Of a DNA stretch of 64,000 nt, positions 1 through 11,063 are shown piece by piece. The stretch is from assembly GCF_963921235.1 (NCBI RefSeq), contig NC_086097.1, positions 175,462,001 through 175,526,000 on the forward strand, written 5' to 3'. Origin of the DNA: Mobula hypostoma (taxonomy: Eukaryota). The notes under the pieces were generated by a model, which was given only the letters and a program-made list of their open reading frames with translations, was not told where the DNA came from and did no database searches. The translations under genes were made by a program, and so were the position numbers. Position 1 is the first letter of the stretch, and every line of letters begins with the position of its first letter.

Positions 1-388
1 GTGGGAAATGGAGGAGATGCGGGTGAGGGCATCATTGATGACAGCAGAAGGGAAACCACGATTCCTAAAGAAAGAGGACATTTGAGATGTCCTGGAACGG
101 AAAGCCTCATCCTGGGAGCAGATGCGGCGGAGACAGAGGAACTGGGAATAGGGAATGGCAATTTTGCATGTGGCTGGACGGGAAGAGGTATAGTTGAGGT
201 AGTTATGAGAGTCAGTGGGCTTGTAGAAGATGTCCGTGGACAGTTTGTCTCCAGAGATGGAGACCGAGAGATTGAGAAAGGGGAGAGAAGTGTCTGAGAT
301 GGACCAAGTGAATTTGAGGGCTGGGTGGAATTTAGAAGTAAAGACGATGAAATTGATGAGCTCAGCAAGAAGTAAAGTCGATGAAATT
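1..388 (-). mobile_element. Penelope-like retroelement RT fragment (runs off window start)
   Basis: Reverse complement resembles the RT C-terminal region of the PLE at ~3320-3690 (AIPYSQFLCLRRICSQDEAFRSRTSQMSSFFRNRGFPS-like). Confidence 0.85.
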
Positions 389-390
389 AG

Positions 391-545
391 GGCCTCTGCC
401 CCTTCCCCCTACAGTCCTGACGAAGGGTTCCGGCCCGAAATGTCGACCGATCTTTCTAACGGATGCTGCCCGACCTGCTGAGTTCCTCCAGCGTGTGGTG
501 AGTGTTGCTTTGACCCCAGCATCTGCAGATTATTTTGTGTTTAAG
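391..545 (+). mobile_element. PLE 3' tail, inverted relative to the adjacent RT fragment, containing a hammerhead motif
   Basis: CAGTCCTGACGAAGGG...CCCGAAATGTCGAC...GATGCTGCCCGACCTGCTGAGTTCCTCCAGC; same tail family as 1260-1350 and 4625-4760. Confidence 0.8.
412..449 (+). ncRNA. Minimal type I hammerhead ribozyme motif
   Basis: CTGACGA (417-423), A, GGG-TTCCGG-CCC stem II, GAAA (437-440), TG, TC, GAC; stem I GTC/GAC. Confidence 0.6.
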
Positions 546-862
546 ACCATTGAGTCTGCCTAGCACTTATTACTTAGTAATAGCAATAGTATTCACTCCT
601 GCTCCCTGACGCTCACAGACCTCTGACACACTGCAAGGGTCTTCCAGAGTGAAGACTGATGCAAAGTACTTATTAAGTTCATCTACTATTCTTTTGTTTC
701 CCCATTACTACCTTAGCAGCATCATTTTTCAGTGGTCCAATATCAACTGTCACCTCCCTTTTACTCTTTATATAACTGAAAAATCTTTTGATATCCTCCT
801 TCATATTATTGGCTATTTTGCCCTCATATATAATCTTTTCCCTTCACTCAGCTTTTTTTTTG

Positions 863-1352
863 TTAACACAAAATACATATGTCCATACATGGCCTCCTCT
901 ACTGCCATGATGAGGCTAAACTCAGGTTGGAGGAGTAACACCTCATATACCGTCTAGGTAGTCTCCAACCCCTTGGTATGAACATAGAATTCTCCAACTT
1001 CCGGTAATTTCCTCCCCCTCCCTTCCCCTATCCCTATGTCACTCTGCCCCCTCCCCCAGCTGCCTATCACCTCCCTCATGGTTCCGCCTCCTTCTACTAC
1101 CCATTGCGTTTTCCCCTATTCCTTCTTTACCTATCCCCTCCCTGCCTCCCCTCCCCACCCCTTTATCTTTCCCCTTACTGGTTTTTCATCTGGAACCTTC
1201 CAGCCTTCTCCTTCCCATCCTCCCCCACCTTCTTTATAGGGCCTCTTCCCCTTCCCTCTTCAGTCCTGATGAAAGGTTCCAGTCCGAAACGTTGACTGAT
1301 CGTTTCCATGGATGCTGCCCGACCTGCTGAGTTCCTCCAGCTTGTTGTGTGT
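863..1352 (+). mobile_element. 5'-truncated PLE (end of GIY-YIG, pyrimidine-rich UTR, hammerhead tail)
   Basis: HGLLYCHDEAKLRLEE..LIYRLGSLQP motif; flanked by identical 13-bp direct repeats AGCTTTTTTTTTG at 850-862 and 1353-1365 (TSD). Confidence 0.85.
1261..1298 (+). ncRNA. Minimal hammerhead ribozyme motif
   Basis: CAGTC-CTGATGA-A-AGGTTCCAGTCC-GAAA-CG-TT-GACTG; perfect 5-bp stem I CAGTC/GACTG; palindromic AACGTT at stem III; stem II imperfect. Confidence 0.6.
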
Positions 1353-1750
1353 AGCTTTTTTTTTGCCTTTTGTTGGATTTTAAAAGCTTCCCAATCACCC
1401 AACATCCCATTTATTTTTGCTACCTTATATGCCCTTTCCTTGGCTTTTATGCAGTCTTTAACTTCCTTTGTCAACCACAGTTGCCTACCCCTGCCATTTG
1501 AGAATTTCTTCTTCTGAGGGACATATCTATCCCGTGCCTTGTGAACTATTCCCAGAAACTTCAGCCATCTCTGCTCTGCTGTCATCTCTGCCTGTATCCT
1601 CCTCCAATCCACCTGGGCAAGCTCCTCTCTCATGCCTCTGTAGTTCCACTTATTCCATTGTGATACTGATACATTTGTGATTTATGCTTCTCTCTCTCAA
1701 ACTGCAGTATGAAACCTAAGGCCTCTGTACCTCTTACCTGATGCTAGTGT

Positions 1751-1840
1751 GAGAGAGGGCATGGTCTGGATGGTGCGGGTGAGAGAGGGCATGGTCTGGG
1801 TGGTGCGGGTGAGAGAGGGCATGGTCTGGATGGTGCGGGT
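1751..1840. repeat. Tandem repeat, 3 x 30 bp, inside a Rex1-like fragment
   Basis: Unit GAGAGAGGGCATGGTCTGG(A/G)TGGTGCGGGT seen three times. Confidence 0.95.
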
Positions 1841-2714
1841 CTTTGATAATGGATGGTGCTTTCTTGTGGCAGCACTCCACAAATTGGAACATGTAGCAAA
1901 TTGGGTATCTGAATGTGCCTGACTGGAACAGATGGACCTAGGAGTACAAGTATCTGTTCCCTGAAAGTGGAGTCTATGAGGTTTGGATTTACATCACCTT
2001 CTCGCTAAAAAATGTCCTCCTCGTCTGCCCAGTAATCCTTTTCTGAATTATTTTATATCTCTGCCTTCTTGTTTTTGATACAACATCATACAGTCAAGCT
2101 CTAGAGTTATAAAACACAGAAATGGGCCATTCGGCCCATCTCCTCCATGCTGACCATGGTGTCTATCTACACTAAACCCATTTGCCTGCCTTACGCCCAT
2201 TTCTCTTCACTTCTTTCTTATCCAAATGCCTTTTACAACATAGAACAGTACAGCACAGGAACAGTTCCTTTGGCCCTCAATATTGTGCCAAATTAATTGA
2301 AGTAATTAAAAGCCTACTTAGTGAGTCCTTTCTACCTTCACAAAGCCATATCCCTCCTTTCTCTGCATATTCATGTGCCAATTTAAGAGCCACTTATTTC
2401 CATTATCACCCCTTGCAGTGCATTTCAGGCACCCATCATTATCTGTGTAAAAACTTGCCCATGCATCTCCTTTGAACTTATTTGCTCTCACTTTAAATAC
2501 ATGTCTTCTAGTATGAGGCATTTCAACTCAGGGAAAAAGTTGCTTTTTATGCCCCTCACTGTCTGATAAACTTTGCTGTTATAAGATTATTGAATGGTTC
2601 TCTAGTATGATAAGATAAACTCTTGACCTCACGATCTACCTCATTATGACTTTATACTCAATTGTCTACCTACTTTGCACTTTCTCTGTAACTGTAACAC
2701 GCTGTTCTGCACTC

Positions 2715-4761
2715 AGGGGATCTCCCATCCACTGCTACCAACCTTATAGTTCCCACACCTCGCACGTCCCGTTTCTACCTCCTACCCAAGATCCACAAAC
2801 CTGCCTGTCCTGGCAGACCTATTGTCTCAGCTTGCTCCTGCCCCACCAAACTCGTTTCTGCATACCTCGACACGGTTTTATCCCCCATTGTTCAATCCCT
2901 TCCTACCTATGTTCGTGACACTTCTCACGCTCTTAAACTTTTCGATGATGTTAAGTTCTCTGGCCCCCACCGCTTTATTTTCACCATGGATGTCCAGTCC
3001 CTATATACTTCCATCCCCCATCAGGAAGATCTCAAAGCTCTCCGCTTCTTTTTGGATTCCAGACCCAATCAGTTCCCCTCTACCACCACTCTGCTCCGTC
3101 TAGTGGAATTAGTCCTTACTCTTAATAATTTCTCCTTTGGCTCCTCCCACTTCCTCCAAACTAAAGGTATAGCTATGGGCACCCGTATGGGTCCTAGCTA
3201 TGACTGCCTTTTTGTTGGCTTTGTGGAACAATCTATGCTCCGTGCCTATTCTGGTATCTGTCCCCCACTTTTCCTTCGTTACATCGATGACTGCATTGGC
3301 GCTGCTTCCTGCACGCATGCTGAGCTCGTTGACTTTATTAACTTTGCCTCAAACTTTCACCCTGCCTTTAAGTTTACCCGGTCCATTTCTGACACCGCCC
3401 TCCCCTTTCTAGATCTTTCTGTCTCTGTCTCTGGAGACAGGTTATCCACTGATGTCTACTATAAGTTTACTGACTCTCACAGCTATCTGGACTATTCCTC
3501 TTCTCACCCTGTCTCTTGCAAAAATGCCATCCCCTTCTCGCAATTCCTCCGTCTCTGCCACATCTGCTCTCAGGATGAGACTTTTCATTCCAGGACAAGG
3601 GAGATGTCCTCCTTTTTTAAAGGAAGGGGCTTCCCTTCCTCCACCATCAACTCTGCTCTCAAACGCATCTCCCCCATTTCACGCACATCTGCTCTCACCC
3701 CATCCTCCCGCCACCCCAATAGGAATAGGATTCCCCTGGTCCTCATCTACCACCCCACCAGCCTCCGGGTCCAACATAATTCTCCGTAACTTCTGCCACC
3801 TCCAACGGGATCCCACCACTAAGCACATCTTTCCCTCCCCCCCCTGCTTTTCACAGGGATTGCTCCCTACACGACTCCCTTGTCCATTCGTCTCCCCCAT
3901 CCCTCCACACTGATCTCCCTCCTGGCACTTATCCTTGTAAGCGGAACAAGTGCTACACCTTCCCTTACACTTCCTCCCTTACCACCATTCAGGGCCCTAG
4001 ACAGTCCTTCCAGGTGAGGCAACACTTCACCTGTGGGTCGGCTGGGGTCATATACTGCATCCGGTGCTCCCGATGTGGCCTTTTATATATTGGTGAGACC
4101 CGACGCAGACTGGGAGACCGCTTTGCTGAACACCTACGCTCTGTCCGCCAGACAAAGCAGGATCTCCCAGTGGCCACACATTTTAATTCCACATCCCATT
4201 CCCATTCTGACATGTCTATCCACGGCCTCCTCTACTGTAAAGATGAAACCACACTCAGGTTGGAGGAACAACACCTTATATTCCGTCTGGGTAGCCTCCA
4301 ACCTGATGACATGAACATCGACTTTTCCAACTTCCGCTAATGCCCCACCTCCCCCTCATACCCCATCCATTATTCATTTATATACACATTCTTTCTCTCA
4401 TTCTCCTTTTTCTCCCTCTGTCCCTCTGACTATACCCCTTGCCCATCCTCTGGTTTCCCCCCCTTGTCTTTCTCCCCGGACCTCCTGTCCCATGAGCCTC
4501 TCATATCCCCTTTGCCAATCATCTGTCCAGCTCTTGGCTCCATCCCTCCCCCTCCTGTCTTCTCCTATCATTTTGGATCTCCCTGTCCCCCTCCCACTCT
4601 CAAATCTCTTACTAACTCTTCCTTCAGTTAGTCCTGATGAAGGGTCTCGGCCTGAAACGTCGACTGTACCTCTTCCTAGAGATGCTGCCTGGCCTGCTGC
4701 GTTCACCAGCAACTTTGATGTGTGTTGCTTGAATTTCCAGCATCTGCAGAATTCCTGTTGT
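2715..4761 (+). mobile_element. 5'-truncated Penelope-like element: reverse transcriptase plus GIY-YIG endonuclease, frameshifted
   Basis: ORF 2986-3789 has RT motifs (MDVQSLYTSIPH, GIAMGTRMGPSY, RYIDD, FLDL). ORF 4014-4340 has a GIY-YIG motif (VIYCIRCSRCGLLYIGETRRRLGDRFAEH). Near-identical flanks TGTTCTGCA(C/T)TC at 2703-2714 and 4759-4770; the element splits an older LINE 3' tail (2575-2714 / 4762-4885). Confidence 0.95.
4629..4666 (+). ncRNA. Minimal type I hammerhead ribozyme motif in PLE 3' region
   Basis: TAGTC-CTGATGA(4634-4640)-A-GGGT-CTCG-GCCT-GAAA(4654-4657)-CG-TC-GACTG; GUC cleavage triplet and palindromic ACGT stem III. Confidence 0.75.
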
Positions 4762-5040
4762 TCTGCATTCTATTATTGTTTTTCCGATGTACAGTGTGAT
4801 GAATTGGTCTGTATGAACAGTATGCAATACATGATTTTCACTGTACCTCGGTACATCTGACAATAATAAACTAATTCACCAATTTACAGGCAAGGAGTAG
4901 AATTGGATGAATAATGATGAGAAGCTTCTAATTTTATTATTTTGAACATTGAAATATTAGGTTACCATTTGACTTGAGAGGAGGAAAGAAGTTTTACTTT
5001 GGATTTCCATAATTACTGTATCCTTTCTGTTCATTTCCAG

Positions 5041-5395
5041 GTGGACAAGAGCCTTGTAACAGCATCGACAGTCTCTGAATACCTTTGGATAATATATGGA
5101 AACTCAAAAAGGAAGTGTATGTCAAAGATATATACACTTCCAGGAATTGAAATCAAATGCTGGCAGTGAGGCCACACTTGAAGAAGCAACAATGTGTGCT
5201 CTCGGCACCGAGCTGCTGTAAGGTCAAGATCCCACTCAGCGACTTAACATACATTTCTACCAGGTTATTAGTAATGCATTCAGTAGAGAAAATTCATCCA
5301 GTTTCGACTTGCTTCAAAAAGCTTTTGAAGTCTTTGAGAGTCTTTGCATCAATCTTCTGATACACCCATGGAGAAAAGAATTTAGAAGGATTAAA
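5041..5395 (+). pseudogene. SPATA2-family (PUB-like domain) gene, first coding exon, with in-frame stop
   Basis: Acceptor TTTCCAG ends at 5040. ATG at 5096 gives METQKGSVCQRYIHFQELK...ELL*GQDPTQRLNIHFYQVISNAF...AFEVFESLCINLLIHPWRKEFRRIK, then phase-0 donor GTGAG at 5396. It resembles SPATA2 (MDTK..[46 protein letters not shown]). TAA at 5219-5221. Confidence 0.85.
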
Positions 5396-5589
5396 GTGAG
5401 CTTTGCCTTTCAGAGTGGGATATTTGTCATTAAGGCAATCAAGGGACATTGGGTTGGTGCAGGAAAGTTGGTTTATTATTGTCATATGTGCCGAGGTACA
5501 GTAAAAAAAACTTGTTTTACATGCTATTCTTACGGAGCATTTCATCAGATCACTAGATCGAGGTAGTACAAGGAATAACAATAACAGAA

Positions 5590-6240
5590 TGCAGAATTGC
5601 ACGCAAGTTGATAGGGTTGTTGAGACGGCATATGGTGCGTTGGCCTTGGTTAGTTGGACAAATGAGTTCAAGTACCGCAAGTTAATGCTGCAGCTCTGTA
5701 AAATCCTAGTTAGACCGCACTTTGAATATTGTGTTCAGTTCTGGTTGCTTCATGAGAGAAAAGATATGGTGGGGGGGGGGGGCGCAGAAGAGATTTACCA
5801 GAATAGTGCATGTTTTTGAGATTAGATTGAGTGAGCTAAGGTTTTCTCTTTACAGCAAAGGAGGATGAGAGCTGACTTGACAGAGGTGTGCAAGATGATA
5901 AGAGGCATAGATCATGTAGGCTTTTTCCCCACTGTGGAAAGGGCTAATCTGTGGGGGCATAACTTTAAAGTGACTGAAGGAAAGGAAGGTGGGGGTGGAT
6001 TGTCTGAGGTAAGTTTTTTTTTACAGAGAATGGTTGGTGCATGGAACACCTGCCAGGGATGGTGGTAGAGGCAGACACATTACAGACATATATGAATCGC
6101 TTTGCTATCCTCATAGATGAAAGAAAAATGGATTGCTATGTAGGAAGGAAGTGTTAGATTGATCTTAGAGTAGGTTGAAAGGTTGGCACAACACTGTGGT
6201 CCAAAGTTCCTGTACTGTGCTGTAACGTTCTATGTTCTAT
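5590..6240 (+). mobile_element. CR1 3' fragment inside the SPATA2-like intron
   Basis: LVRPHFEYCVQFW and MRADLTEVCKMIRG motifs; TTCTATG-type tail near 6230. Confidence 0.8.
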
Positions 6241-6408
6241 AAAGTGTTTGGGGTTGAGTGGGGTCCGGGATCAGCCATGATGGAATGGCAGAGCAGACTC
6301 GATAGGCTGAATGGCCTAATTCTGCTCCTATATCTTATGCTCTAATTGAGATATTGTACAAAGTTCATTGTGAATTACTGGAATGAAGTACCTGTCTCTC
6401 TTTTGCAG

Positions 6409-7150
6409 ACCTTCACACCTGCCTTTGTGCACTATGTTTAGACAGCGATGTGCAGACTAGATGCTCTAAAATTGTTGGCAACCATCGGCTTTTGCCAGGA
6501 ACGGGAAGCAGAGGCATACTGCTACCAGGGCTTTCAGGAATCGCAACATTTGAGGAAGCTTGCATTTGAGTTCTTCCTTGCCCAGCTGGAATGCAGACGT
6601 TTAGCAGACATGTTGGGCAATGAACAAAAGCAAGGTCCTTCTGAAGATGGAATGGGCTGCTTGTGTCTCTTGCGAGATGGAGAAAATGAGCTTCTCATTT
6701 TAAAACAAAATTGCAGAGTTAATCTGGGAAAACTGAATGCAAGAGAGGGACACATTTTAGAGAAGCATTGGCAACACATATCCCTTTTAACATACTCACT
6801 AAACAGAGTAAATGAAGAAGGAAGGACTACAATATCTTCGCTCCCTAATGAACTGGATTCGACTTGCAATGCTGTCTCATGCGACAGTCTGATTTAAATT
6901 GGAAAAGGAGTACAGAGTTAGGAGCAGAATCAGCAGATGATTGGAATGATTGGCTACTGAAAGGAAGAGAGGTAATCTCCCAGTGTATCAGCTTGACAAT
7001 CAACTTCCAGCCCTGTAACTGCCAAACTTGTTGATCACCTCTTGCTTTGTTTAGTTTGTCTATAACGTGGCTTAGCCATTTGCACAGTGTGTTACTTGCA
7101 GAATGCCAGCACTCTCCCTTATGATTGCGAGCATGAGTTTTGCTCCTTCA
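6409..7150 (+). pseudogene. SPATA2-family gene, last coding exon (rest of PUB-like domain and degenerate C-terminal Cys-rich region)
   Basis: Acceptor CTCTTTTGCAG ends at 6408. Translates TFTPAFVHYV*TAMCRLDALKLLATIGF...LRKLAFEFFLAQLECRRL (cf. SPATA2 TYTGPFVYYVKS..ILSCMGY..VSFELFLAKVECEQM). TAG at 6439-6441. Cys cluster CNCQTC (7014-7031) and VCL*RGLAICTVCY...DCEHEF (7054-7140) lie in different frames. Confidence 0.8.
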
Positions 7151-8358
7151 CACTAACATTCAGAACAGGCAGTTGCTAGTTGAAAGTACTAAACACAATC
7201 TGTGCAATCAACATAAACAACAGCTTGTATTTTTCTTTTAACATAGTAAAACACCATGATATTTCATCAGAGCCTCATTGAACAAAAAATGATGCTAACT
7301 CATAAGAGGCAGATTTTAGGACAAACAACCTTGGTCAGAAACATATTTCAGGGAGTGTTTAGAGGTATTTCAGTGGAGGGAATGGGAAAGAACTTCGAAA
7401 GGTAGAGGCCAGGGTGGGAATTACACAGAGAATGACAGGGTTCTGGGGTGTGTTGTTTTACAGAGAGACCTTGGGATACAAGTACATAGTTTTCTGGAAA
7501 TGGGAAGACAGATAAAGGAGGCGAGGAGTGCATTTGGCATGCTTGCCTTCATTGTTTGAAGCAGTGACAATAAGAGTTAGGATATTAATTACAGTTGTAT
7601 AAAACATATAAAACATAGCTTAAGCCACTCTTTACCTCTCAGATCTCTTTACCCTTTGATTTTAGACCAACCATAGGATATCCATTCTAACTTTGCCTCT
7701 TGTGACTTGATATTACCACCAGTTTTTATTCCTGATTGGGCCTCCAGCATTGCTCCCCCTTGATGGATTTTGGTATTTTAATCCAAGGTTCTTTTAGAAG
7801 TCAGGAATGAGGCATAAAACTTGTTGCTTCATGATCATTTTGTTAAAGTTGATAGAACAAGGGAAACGGGAGCAATAGTGACAGGGAAAGCTTAAGATTC
7901 AAGAATATGGCGCTTAGCGCAAAACTGCCAGAGGTAAGAAAAAATCCATTTGCATCGATGGGTAAAATTAACCAGTTAAGAAGTACTTAATCAATACTGC
8001 AGAACCAAATTAACCAGTGAGGAAACACTTCACTTAATACAGAACAAAGCTTCCAGGGTGATATAACCAAGTTAACCACTAGAGGCATATTAAACTGTTA
8101 TGCATACTATAGTCACTGGGAATCATAGTAAGCAGTTACTTGTATGAAAGAAATTATACAAAATACCAGCAGATAGTTATTTGTTGTACTGCAAAGTAAA
8201 TGACGATTAAACAGTTGGATTCAACACCCTCTACTTCAAGTGTTAATCCTTTACTTTGCTGTGACTTGGCTGCAGTGTGTAGACTTGGCTTGGAGAGTGT
8301 CTTTCTACACCTCCAGTCCAAATAACACTTCTGAGAATTGTTTCTGCACCTTCTCTAA

Positions 8359-9078
8359 GGCTACGTCCACACTAGACTGGATAATTTTGAAAACGCTGAT
8401 TTCATGTAAAAACAATAGGCATCCACATCAGGCATTTTTGAAAATACCTCCGCCCACATTAAAACAAGTATTTGGGCAAATTGCCTCATACTGGGCATGC
8501 GCAGGACACATCTACAGAAAACAAGCGAAGAGGAAACGGTATACTTGGTTCGCGTTTGTCCAGTTACAGACTAGAAAAACTTAAAAGGAGATTGCCAAAC
8601 GACGGACAGCTGTTGGCTCTCATGCAGGAGGACTTGAAGCTAAAAAAACAAATACTGGAGCGTATGGAGGTAACCGACAGGGAGTTCACGGACAGTACGA
8701 CCTGGCTGACAACGAACATTGAAAAACTGACACAATACCAGCCTCACAGCCACTACAACAGCTATACATATGGACACACAGACCCCTGGGTGGCCCCACC
8801 AACATCTTCCCACACCCTCAGAGGGGTCACCCTGGAAACATTTCCTACAGCCATAGTCTCTTCACCGATGAAAGGGACGACAGGTTTTTTAAAACCTCCG
8901 GTTACCCTGTACACACTACAATGCCCAACTGGCATTTTCAGATTTAAATGCTCTGGAGAGTGTCCTAGAAAAGCTCTGTTTTCGGGGGAGGAAAACGCCA
9001 TTTCAGTGTGGACGGAGGGTCAAAACGAAGAGAAAAAGCTTCGGTTACGGATTTATCCGGTCTAGTGTGGACGTAGCT
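8359..9078 (+). mobile_element. Internally deleted PIF/Harbinger-like DNA transposon
   Basis: ~25-bp TIRs GGCTACGTCCACACTAGACTGGATAA / TTATCCGGTCTAGTGTGGACGTAGCT; TAA on the left flank. ORF 8472-9065 carries a coiled-coil segment (EKLKRRLPNDGQLLALMQEDLKLKKQILERME) like the C-terminus of the Harbinger Myb-like ORF. Confidence 0.7.
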
Positions 9079-11025
9079 TCCTACAGTGTGGTGACCAGAC
9101 TTACCTCTCTCTCAACTTGCTGTATTTGATTATGCTGCTTTGGAAAAGCAAACAACATAAATACCGCATCCATCCCAGACATCGTTTCTTCTACCTTCCT
9201 CCCCCTCAGAGGGCAGAAGATATAACAGCCTGAAAGCACAAACCACAAGGCCCAAGAACAGCTTCTGTCCTCCTGTTATAAGATTATTAAACTGAGTTAT
9301 TTTATGATGAAATAGACTTGACCTCACAGTCTACCTTGCACGTTATTGTCTGTCTGCACTGCTCTTTCTCTGTAACTGAAAACACTTTTTTTCTGCATTC
9401 TCTTATTGCTTTTGCTTTTTTCCACCCCAATACACTGATGTGATGAAACGATCTGGATGGATGGCATGCAAAACAAAGTTTTTTCACTGAACTTTGGTGC
9501 GTGTGACATTAATAAACCAATTTACCAATTTATCAATTCCACATTACCTCCATGGGATAAGATTTTATCCATCCTATCTATGCTTCACATAATGTTATAA
9601 AATTCATCAGATCACCCTTCACAGCCACCATTCCAGAGAAAACAATCCAGGTTTGTCCAAATAACCTTGTAGACAATGCTCTCTAATCTCGGCAGCATCC
9701 TGTTGATCCTTGTCTCACCCTCTCTGAAGACTCCATATCCTTCTGTAAATGGGCACCCAGAACTACAGATAATTCTCCTAGTGTGACTGAATTAATATTT
9801 TATCCAGTTTCAACATGACTTCACAAATTTTATACAGTTTTCTGACCAATGAAGGCAGCCATGTTTCTGTAATGGCAATGAACTCATCCCGAATTCCGCA
9901 CTGTTTCTGCCATTGATTACCCGCCTTGTTGCAGATGCAGCATGCATTTAGTTATGGTAACTTCAGGCTCTTTAGGTTTAATCTTTAAACACTTCCCCAT
10001 ACTCCAGTTCTATTTGCCACATGCCTTTATTTTCACTACCTAATATATTGATAATTACAGTTCTAACTTCCACCCCCAGCCTTATTTCTCTATTTTGTGA
10101 TTCTTCTCTCTGCCTTGCCAATACTTTGATGGCTCTATAGGACATAAAAATGGTATTGTTGCTAGGGAGGAGGGTTGCATGGAGCCCATACTATCAGTTG
10201 GTGAGATGGGTAGAGCATTGGCAAATGGATTATTATCCTGATAAGAATAAATAACTCCTGCAAGAAACTGTAGAGAGTTGTAAACACAGCTCAGGACATC
10301 ACAGAAAGCAGTTTCCCCTCAATGGACTCTGTCTGTACTTCTCGCTGGCTTGGTAAAGTAGCCAACATAATCAAAGAACCACTCACACTGGATATGCTGT
10401 CTTCTCCTCCCTCCCATCAGGCAGACGATACAAATGCCTGAAAGCATGGACCACTAGACTTAAGAACAGCTCCTACTCCACTGTGCCAAAACTCTTGAAC
10501 TGACCTCACATGGAAGTGACCTGAAGTCCTACACCACCAGGTTCAAGAGCAGTTATTTCCCTTGAACCATTCGGTTCCTAAACCAGCCCGCACAACCCTA
10601 ATCATTACCTCAGTATAGCAACACTATGACTACTTTGATTACCTTACACTGCAATAGAATTTGTTTGATTTATTCTAATCATGTTCTATCTGGCATAATT
10701 TTATATAATTTATGTTTGACTTGGGTTTTTCTTGTGAATGTTGTGTATGTGCCTGCTGCAGGTATGTTCATCACTGCATCTGATAGGCTAGGGATGTTTA
10801 AGAGACTCTTAGGTTCATGGATGCAATAAAAATCGAGCGTTATGGGTTGTGTGGGAGGGAAGGGTTAGATTGATCAAGGAGTAGATTTATATCTGTTAAC
10901 ACAACATAATGGGCCAAAGAGCCTGCACTGTGCTCCACCAATCCACATTCTGACAATAAACTGGCAAACAAAAGAGATTCTGCAGAATCTGGGAAATGGC
11001 ATTCTGGCTTTATCCCCTTCCTTCC

Positions 11026-11063
11026 CAGCCCTGATGAAGGGTCTTAGCCCGAAACGTCGACTA
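11026..11063 (+). ncRNA. Minimal hammerhead motif in a short non-autonomous PLE-tail copy
   Basis: CAGCC-CTGATGA-A-GGGT-CTTA-GCCC-GAAA-CG-TC-GACTA; core intact, stem I has mismatches. Confidence 0.6.

Larger units (their letters stand above)
546..1715 (-). mobile_element. Degenerate CR1-type LINE ORF2 fragment, interrupted by a PLE at 863-1352
   Basis: Minus-strand ORF 1175-1633 (MREELAQVDW...RYVPQKKK...WLTKEVKDCIKAKERAYK) is typical CR1 ORF2 linker sequence; it continues at 546-862. Confidence 0.75.
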
